Assembly: GCF_009914755.1 (NCBI RefSeq)
Contig: NC_060948.1
Source: the human T2T-CHM13v2.0 reference genome, Homo sapiens
Reading direction: 5' to 3' (one strand)
DNA length: 64,000 nucleotides
Shown: in pieces, positions 55,250-64,000 of the stretch
Layout: every line of letters begins with the position of its first letter
How positions within the stretch are numbered: the first letter of the stretch is position 1
Notes under the pieces: model-generated
Database searches by the model: none
What the model was told of the DNA's origin: nothing
The model's input: only the letters and a program-made list of their open reading frames with translations
Position numbers and translations under genes: made by a program

Positions 55250-58200
55250 TCGAATATAATGGAGTCGAATGAAATGGAATTGAAAAGAATGGGATCGAAT
55301 ACAATGGAATATACTGGAATGTAATGTAATGAACTCGAATGTAATTGACTGGAATGGAATGTACATGAATGGAATGTAATCGAATGAAAAGTAATCCAAT
55401 GGAATAGAATGTAATGCAATAAAATCGACTCAGATAGAGTAGAATGTAATGGAATGGAGTTCAGTGCAATGGAATGGAATGGAATGGAATGCAATGGAAT
55501 GGAATGGAATGGAATGGAATGGGATGGAATGGTATGGAATGGATAGTAATGGACTGGAGTGAAATGGACTGGAATGGAATGGACTCAAATTGAAAGGGCT
55601 CGAAAGGAATGGAGACAAATGGAATGGTCTGGAATGGAATGAACACGAATGTAATGCAATCCAATAGAATGGAGTCGAATGGCATGGAATATAAAGAAAT
55701 GGAATCGAAGAGAATGGAAACAAATGGAATGGAATTGAATGGAATGGAATTGAATGGAATGGGAACGAATGGAGTGAAATTGTATGCAGTAGAAGAGAAT
55801 AGAATGGAATGCAAGCGAAAGGAAAGGAATGGATTGGAATGGAATGGAATTCATTGGAATGGAAGGGAATGTAGTGTAATGGACAGGCCTGGAATAAAGT
55901 GGAATGCTACGGTCTCGAATGGTATAAAAATGTATGGAATGGAATGCAATGAAACGGAATCGAATGTCATAGAATGTAATGGAATGCAAAAAAATGGAAT
56001 CCAAAATCATTGACTGGAAAGGCTGGGTATCGAAAGGAATTGACTCCAATGGAATGGAATCGAATGGAATGGAAGTGAATAGAATCGAACTAAATCGAAT
56101 GGAATGGAATTGATAGGAACGGAATGGAAAGGAATGCAATGATTTGGCATGGAATGCAATCGAATGGCATCGAATGGAATGGAATGGAATGCAATGGAAT
56201 GGAATGTATTAGAATGTAATGAACTTTAATGGAATGTACTCGAATGGATTCGACTGGAATGGAATGTTCTGGAAGTGAATGGACTCCAATGGAATGGATT
56301 CCAAAGGAATGGAATCGTACGGAATGGAATCTAATGGAATGGAATTAAATGGAAATGAATCAAATTGAATAGCACGGAATTGAATTGAATGGAATGGAAT
56401 GCAATGGAATCTAATGAAACGGAAAGGAAAGGAATGGAATGGAATGGAATGGGCTGGAATGGAAAGGAATCGAAACGAATGGAATGGAATCGAACTGAAG
56501 AGACTGGAATGGAATGCACTGGAATGGAAGGGAGTGTAATGGAAGGTTCTCGAAAAAAATGGAATCGAATGGAATGGAATTGAATGGAACGGAATAGAGT
56601 CGAATGGAATTGAATGGAATGGAATGGACTAGAGTGAAATGGAATCGAACCACAAGGAATGGACAGGAATAGAATGGTCTCGAATTGAATGGAATCGTAT
56701 GGAATGGCATCAAACGGAATGGAATGGACAGCCACGGAATGGAATGCACTCGAATGCAATGGAGTCGAAACTAATGGACTGGAATAGAATGGACTCGACT
56801 GGTACGGACTCCAATGGAATGGAATCGAATGGAAGGGAATCGAACGGAATGGACTCGAAGGGAAAAGACTGCAATGGAAAGGTCTCGAATGGAATGGAAA
56901 TTAATGGAATGGAATGGAATCGAATGAAATGGAGTCAAAAGGAATGGAATCGAATGGCAAGAAATCGAATGTAATGGAATCGCAAGGAATTGATGTGAAC
57001 GGAACGGAATGGAATGGAATCCAAAGGAATGGAATATAATGGAATGGAATCGAATGGAAAGGACTCGAATGGAAATCACTCGAATAGAATGCAATTTAAT
57101 AAAATAGGATCAAATGTAATGGAATGGAATGGAAAGGAATCGAAACGAAAGGAATGGAGACAGATGGAATGGAATGGAACAGAGAGCAATGGTATAGAAT
57201 GGAATGGAATCATCTGGAATGGAATTGAATGGAATGGAATAATATGAAATGGAATGGAATGGAATGGAATGGAATGCCCTTGAATTAAATGGACCGGACT
57301 CGAACAGAGTGGAATGGAAAGTGTTGAGATAGAATGGAATGGACTCCTTTGGAATGGTGTAGTATGCAATGCAATCGACTGGCAGGGAATCAAAAGGAAT
57401 GTAATGGAATGGATTGGACTGGAATGCAATGGACTCGAATAGATTGGAAACGGAATGCAAAGGAATAGAATGGAATAGTATGGAATGGAATGGAAAGGAA
57501 TGGAGTGGAATAGACTAGAGTGGAATGGAATGGACTGGAAAGCAATGGACTGGAATGGAACTTTCTTGAATGGACTGGAATCAAACGGAATGGAATGCAA
57601 TGCAATCAAATGGCATGGAATAAAATAGAATGAAAGAGAATCAAATGGAATTGAATTGAATGGAATCGAATGGATTGGAAAGGAATAGAATGGAATGGAA
57701 TGGAATTGACTCAAATGGAATGGACTAGAGTGGAATGGATTCGAATGGAAGGCAAAGGAATGGAATCTATTGGAATGGACTGTAATGGAATGGAATGGAA
57801 GGGATTGGAATGGACTCGAATGGAATGGACTGCAATAGAAAGGACTCGAATGGAATGAAAAAGAATTGAATGGAATAGAACAGAATGGAATCAAATCGAA
57901 TGAAATGGAATGGAATAGAAAGGAATGGAATGAAATGGAATGGAAAGGATTCGAATGGAATGCAATCGAATGGAATGGAATCGAACGGAATGGAATAAAA
58001 TGGAAGAAAACTGGCAAGAAATGGAATCGAAATGAATGGAGTGTTATGGAACGGACTCAAAAGGAATTGAATGTAATAGAATGGAGTGGAGTGGACTCGA
58101 ATATAATGGACTGGAATGGAATGAAATCACATGGAATGGGAACGAATGGAATGGAATGGAAAGGAATGGAATGGAATGGAAAGGAATCGAATGGAAGGGA

Positions 58201-61200
58201 ATGAAATTGAATCAACAGGAATGGAAGGGAATAGAATAGACGGTAATGGAATGGACTCGAATAGAATGGACACGAATGCTCAAATTGAATGGACTCGAAT
58301 GGAATGGAAACGAAAGGAATGTCATCGAATGGAATTGAATCGATTGGAATGAAATGGCATAGAATGGAGTGGAATCAAATGGAATTGAATCGAAAGGAAA
58401 GGAAGCGAAGGGACTGAAATGAAATGGAATGGAATTGAATGGAAAGTAATGCAATGGAATAGAATGGAACGAAATTTCACGGAATGGAATCAAACTGAAT
58501 GGAATCAAATCAATGGAATCTAATCAAATGGAATGGAAAGGAATTGAATGGAATAGATTGGATTGGATGGGATTGGAATGAAATGTACTGGAAAGGACTC
58601 GAATTTCATGAAACGGAATGGAATGAATTGGAACGGAGTGGACTCGAATGGAATGGAATGTCATGGAATGGCATCAAATGGAATGGCATCAAATGGAATG
58701 GAATCGAATGCAATGGAATGCTATGGAATGGAATGGAATGCATTGGAATGGAATGTCCTCTAATGGAATGGATTCGAGTGGAATGGAATCGAATATAATG
58801 GAGTCGAATGAAATGGAATTGAAAAGAATGGGATCGAATACAATGGAATATACTGGAATGTAATGTAATGAACTCGAATGTAATTGACTGGAATGGAATG
58901 TACATGAATGGAATGTAATCGAATGAAAAGTAATCCAATGGAATAGAATGTAATGCAATAAAATCGACTCAGATAGAGTAGAATGTAATGGAATGGAGTT
59001 CAGTGCAATGGAATGGAATGGAATTGAATGCAATGGAATGGAATGGAATGGAATGGAATGGGATGGAATGGTATGGAATGGATAGTAATGGACTGGAGTG
59101 AAATGGACTGGAATGGAATGGACTCAAATTGAAAGGGCTCGAAAGGAATGGAGACAAATGGAATGGTCTGGAATGGAATGAACACGAATGTAATGCAATC
59201 CAATAGAATGGAGTCGAATGGCATGGAATATAAAGAAATGGAATCGAAGAGAATGGAAACAAATGGAATGGAATTGAATGGAATGGAATTGAATGGAATG
59301 GGAATGAATGGAGTGAAATTGTATGCAGTAGAAGAGAATAGAATGGAATGCAAGCGAAAGGAAAGGAATGGATTGGAATGGAATGGAATTCATTGGAATG
59401 GAAGGGAATGTAGTGTAATGGACAGGCCTGGAATAAAGTGGAATGCTACGGTCTCGAATGGTATAAAAATGTATGGAATGGAATGCAATGAAACGGAATC
59501 GAATGTCATAGAATGTAATGGAATGCAAAAAAATGGAATCCAAAATCATTGACTGGAAAGGCTGGGTATCGAAAGGAATTGACTCCAATGGAATGGAATC
59601 GAATGGAATGGAAGTGAATAGAATCGAACTAAATCGAATGGAATGGAATTGATAGGAACGGAATGGAAAGGAATGCAATGATTTGGCATGGAATGCAATC
59701 GAATGGCATCGAATGGAATGGAATGGAATGCAATGGAATGGAATGTATTAGAATGTAATGAACTTTAATGGAATGTACTCGAATGGATTCGACTGGAATG
59801 GAATGTTCTGGAAGTGAATGGACTCCAATGGAATGGATTCCAAAGGAATGGAATCGTACGGAATGGAATCTAATGGAATGGAATTAAATGGAAATGAATC
59901 AAATTGAATAGCACGGAATTGAATTGAATGGAATGGAATGCAATGGAATCTAATGAAACGGAAAGGAAAGGAATGGAATGGAATGGAATGGGCTGGAATG
60001 GAAAGGAATCGAAACGAATGGAATGGAATCGAACTGAAGAGACTGGAATGGAATGCACTGGAATGGAAGGGAGTGTAATGGAAGGTTCTCGAAAAAAATG
60101 GAATCGAATGGAATGGAATTGAATGGAACGGAATAGAGTCGAATGGAATTGAATGGAATGGAATGGACTAGAGTGAAATGGAATCGAACCACAAGGAATG
60201 GACAGGAATAGAATGGTCTCGAATTGAATGGAATCGTATGGAATGGCATCAAACGGAATGGAATGGACAGCCACGGAATGGAACGCACTCGAATGCAATG
60301 GAGTCGAAACTAATGGACTGGAATAGAATGGACTCGACTGGTACGGACTCCAATGGAATGGAATCGAATGGAAGGGAATCGAACGGAATGGACTCGAAGG
60401 GAAAAGACTGCAATGGAAAGGTCTCGAATGGAATGGAAATTAATGGAATGGAATGGAATCGAATGAAATGGAGTCAAAAGGAATGGAATCGAATGGCAAG
60501 AAATCGAATGTAATGGAATCGCAAGGAATTGATGTGAACGGAACGGAATGGAATGGAATCCAAAGGAATGGAATAGAATGGAATGGAATCGAATGGAAAG
60601 GACTCGAATGGAAATCACTCGAATAGAATGCAATTTAATAAAATAGGATCAAATGTAATGGAATGGAATGGAAAGGAATCGAAACGAAAGGAATGGAGAC
60701 AGATGGAATGGAATGGAACAGAGAGCAATGGTATAGAATGGAATGGAATCATCTGGAATGGAATTGAATGGAATGGAATAATATGAAATGGAATGGAATG
60801 GAATGGAATGGAATGCCCTTGAATTAAATGGACCGGACTCGAACAGAGTGGAATGGAAAGTGTTGAGATAGAATGGAATGGACTCCTTTGGAATGGTGTA
60901 GTATGCAATGCAATCGACTGGCAGGGAATCAAAAGGAATGTAATGGAATGGATTGGACTGGAATGCAATGGACTCGAATAGATTGGAAACGGAATGCAAA
61001 GGAATAGAATGGAATAGTATGGAATGGAATGGAAAGGAATGGAGTGGAATAGACTAGAGTGGAATGGAATGGACTGGAAAGCAATGGACTGGAATGGAAC
61101 TTTCTTGAATGGACTGGAATCAAACGGAATGGAATGCAATGCAATCAAATGGCATGGAATAAAATAGAATGAAAGAGAATCAAATGGAATTGAATTGAAT

Positions 61201-62400
61201 GGAATCGAATGGATTGGAAAGGAATAGAATGGAATGGAATGGAATTGACTCAAATGGAATGGACTAGAATGGAATGGATTCGAATGGAAGGCAAAGGAAT
61301 GGAATCTATTGGAATGGACTGTAATGGAATGGAATGGAAGGGATTGGAATGGACTCGAATGGAATGGACTGCAATAGAAAGGACTCGAATGGAATGAAAA
61401 AGAATTGAATGGAATAGAACAGAATGGAATCAAATCGAATGAAATGGAATGGAATAGAAAGGAATGGAATGAAATGGAATGGAAAGGATTCGAATGGAAT
61501 GCAATCGAATGGAATGGAATCGAACGGAATGGAATAAAATGGAAGAAAACTGGCAAGAAATGGAATCGAAATGAATGGAGTGTTATGGAACGGACTCAAA
61601 AGGAATTGAATGTAATAGAATGGAGTGGAGTGGACTCGAATATAATGGACTGGAATGGAATGAAATCACATGGAATGGGAACGAATGGAATGGAATGGAA
61701 AGGAATGGAATGGAATGGAAAGGAATCGAATGGAAGGGAATGAAATTGAATCAACAGGAATGGAAGGGAATAGAATAGACGGTAATGGAATGGACTCGAA
61801 TAGAATGGACACGAATGCTCAAATTGAATGGACTCGAATGGAATGGAAACGAAAGGAATGTCATCGAATGGAATTGAATCGATTGGAATGAAATGGCATA
61901 GAATGGAGTGGAATCAAATGGAATTGAATCGAAAGGAAAGGAAGCGAAGGGACTGAAATGAAATGGAATGGAATTGAATGGAAAGTAATGCAATGGAATA
62001 GAATGGAACGAAATTTCACGGAATGGAATCAAACTGAATGGAATCAAATCAATGGAATCTAATCAAATGTAATGGAAAGGAATTGAATGGAATAGATTGG
62101 ATTGGATGGGATTGGAATGAAATGTACTGGAAAGGACTCGAATTTCATGAAACGGAATGGAATGAATTGGAACGGAGTGGACTCGAATGGAATGGAATGT
62201 CATGGAATGGCATCAAATGGAATGGCATCAAATGGAATGGAATCGAATGCAATGGAATGCTATGGAATGGAATGGAATGCATTGGAATGGAATGTCCTCT
62301 AATGGAATGGATTCGAGTGGAATGGAATCGAATATAATGGAGTCGAATGAAATGGAATTGAAAGGAATGGGATCGAATACAATGGAATATACTGGAATGT
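55250..62400. repeat. Second 3539-bp near-identical pair, same lineage as the 37.6-51.9 kb block
   Basis: Shares ggaccggact and tggtataaaa with the quartet. Also has pair-specific gagttcagt (~55457/~58996), gggtatcg (~56025/~59564), ttgaattgaa (57651/~61190) and gcgaagggact (~58405/~61944). Confidence 0.85.
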
Positions 62401-64000
62401 AATGTAATGAACTCGAATGTAATTGACTGGAATGGAATGTACATGAATGGAATGTAATCGAATGGAAAGTAATCCAATGGAATAGAATCTAATGCATTAA
62501 AATCGACTCAGATAGAGTAGAATGTAATGGAATGGAGTGCAGTGCAATGCAATTGAATGGAATGGAATGCAATGGAATGGAATGGAATGGAATGGAATGG
62601 AATGGGATGGAATGGTATGGAATGGATAGTAATGGACTGGAGTGAAATGGACTGGAAAGGAATGGACTCAAATTGAAAGGGCTCGAAAGGAATGGAGTCA
62701 AATGGAATGGTCTGGAATGGAATGAACACGAATGTAATGCAATCCAATAGAATGGAATCGAATGGCATGGAATATAAAGAAATGGAATCGAAGAGAATGG
62801 AAACAAATGGAATGGAATTTAATGGAATGGGAAGGAATGGAGTGAAATTGTATGCAGTAGAAGAGAATAGAATGGAATGCAAGCGAAAGGAAAGGAATGG
62901 ATTGGAATGGAATGGAATTCATTGGAATGGAAGGGAATGTAGTGTAATGGACAGGCCTGGAATAAAGTGGAATGCTACGGTCTCGAATGGAATAAAAATG
63001 TATGGAATGGAATGCAATGAAACGGAATCGAATGTCATAGAATGTAATGGAATGCAAAAAAATGGAATCCAAAATCATTAACTGGAAAGGCTGGGTGTCG
63101 AAAGGAATTGACTCCAATGGAATGGAATCGAATGGAATGGAAGTGAATAGAATCGAACTAAATCGAATGGAATGGAATTGATAGGAACGGAATGGAAAGG
63201 AATGCAATGATTTGGCATGGAATGGAATCGAATGGCATCGAATGGAATGGAATGGAATGCAATGGAATGGAATGTATTAGAATGTAATGAACTTTAATGG
63301 AATGTACTCGAATGGATTCGACTGGAATGGAATGTTCTGGAAGTGAATGGACTCCAATGGAATGGATTCCAAAGGAATGGAATCGTACGGAATGGAATCT
63401 AATGGAATGGAATTAAATGGAAATGAATCAAATTGAATAGCACGGAATTGAATTGAATGGAATGGAATGCAATGGAATCTAATGAAACGGAAAGGAAAGG
63501 AATGGAATGGAATGGAATGGACTGGAATGGAAAGGAATCGAAACGAATGGAATGGAATCGAACTGAAGAGACTGGAATGGAATGCACTGGAATGGAAGGG
63601 AGTGTAATGGAAGGTTCTCGAAAAAAATGGAATCGAATGGAATGGAATTGAATGGAACGGAATAGAGTCGAATGGAATTGAATGGAATGGAATGGACTAG
63701 AGTGAAATGGAATCGAACCACAAGGAATGGACAGGAATAGAATGGTCTCGAATTGAATGGAATCGTATGGAATGGCATCAAACGGAATGGAATGGACAGC
63801 CACGGAATGGAATGCACTCGAATGCAATGGAGTCGAAACTAATGGACTGGAATAGAATGGACTCGACTGGTACGGACTCCAATGGAATGGAATCGAATGG
63901 AAGGGAATCGAACGGAATGGACTCGAAGGGAAAAGACTGCAATGGAAAGGTCTCGAATGGAATGGAAATTAATGGAATGGAATGGAATCGAATGAAATGG

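Larger units (their letters stand above)
1..64000 (-). repeat. DYZ1: Human Satellite III (HSat3) array, DYZ1-type ~3.5-3.6 kb monomer (Yq12 heterochromatin); about 18 tandem copies, CATTC strand on minus
   Basis: Degenerate GGAAT pentamer runs end to end. One AGGCCT (StuI, contains HaeIII GGCC) per monomer at 2707, 6261, 9815, 13364, 16918, 20427, 23961, 27509, 31033, 34632, 38186, 41725, 45264, 48803, 52352, 55885, 59424 and 62953 (spacings 3509-3599 bp), each with GAATTC 38 bp upstream. The minus strand from GG^CC reads CCTGTCCATTACACTACATTCCCTTCCATTCCAATGAATTCC..., which I recall as the start of the classical ~3.56 kb DYZ1 unit. Not confirmed by alignment. Confidence 0.95.

Noticed and set aside
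1-64000. CRISPR-like or other repeat-spacer system
   Set aside because: There are no unique spacers, no constant 25-45 bp repeat and no associated genes. All variation is degenerate pentamer within a 3.5 kb period.
1-64000. HSat2, DYZ2/HSat1B, Alu/L1 insertions or inversions
   Set aside because: The HSat2 CATTCGATTC/ATGATG pattern does not dominate, there is no AT-rich or Alu segment, and the GGAAT strand never switches.

Overview
The whole window is one uninterrupted, single-orientation array of human Satellite III (HSat3), a degenerate (GGAAT)n/(CATTC)n pentamer arranged as about 18 head-to-tail copies of a ~3.5-3.6 kb monomer. The monomer size, one HaeIII/StuI site per copy with a constant EcoRI site 38 bp away, and the minus-strand sequence CCTGTCCATTACACTACATTCCCTTCCATTCCAATGAATTCC fit DYZ1, the Yq12 heterochromatin repeat, read here on its GGAAT strand. 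That match is from memory, not an alignment. I found no genes, RNA genes, mobile elements, DYZ2/Alu or inversions. All ORFs are translation artefacts of the pentamer (MEWNG / HSIPF). I see no evidence of a novel gene system. The informative signal is in the array's structure: monomer lengths are almost always 5n+4 because of four fixed register breaks; two monomer haplotypes are marked by EcoRI versus BsiWI sites; there are local duplications (a ~7.1 kb dimer, a 3509-bp pair, a ~3595-bp pair, a 3539-bp XXYY quartet plus a pair); two monomers are divergent; and two tracts are slippage hot spots. Coordinates were counted by eye, so block boundaries are approximate.
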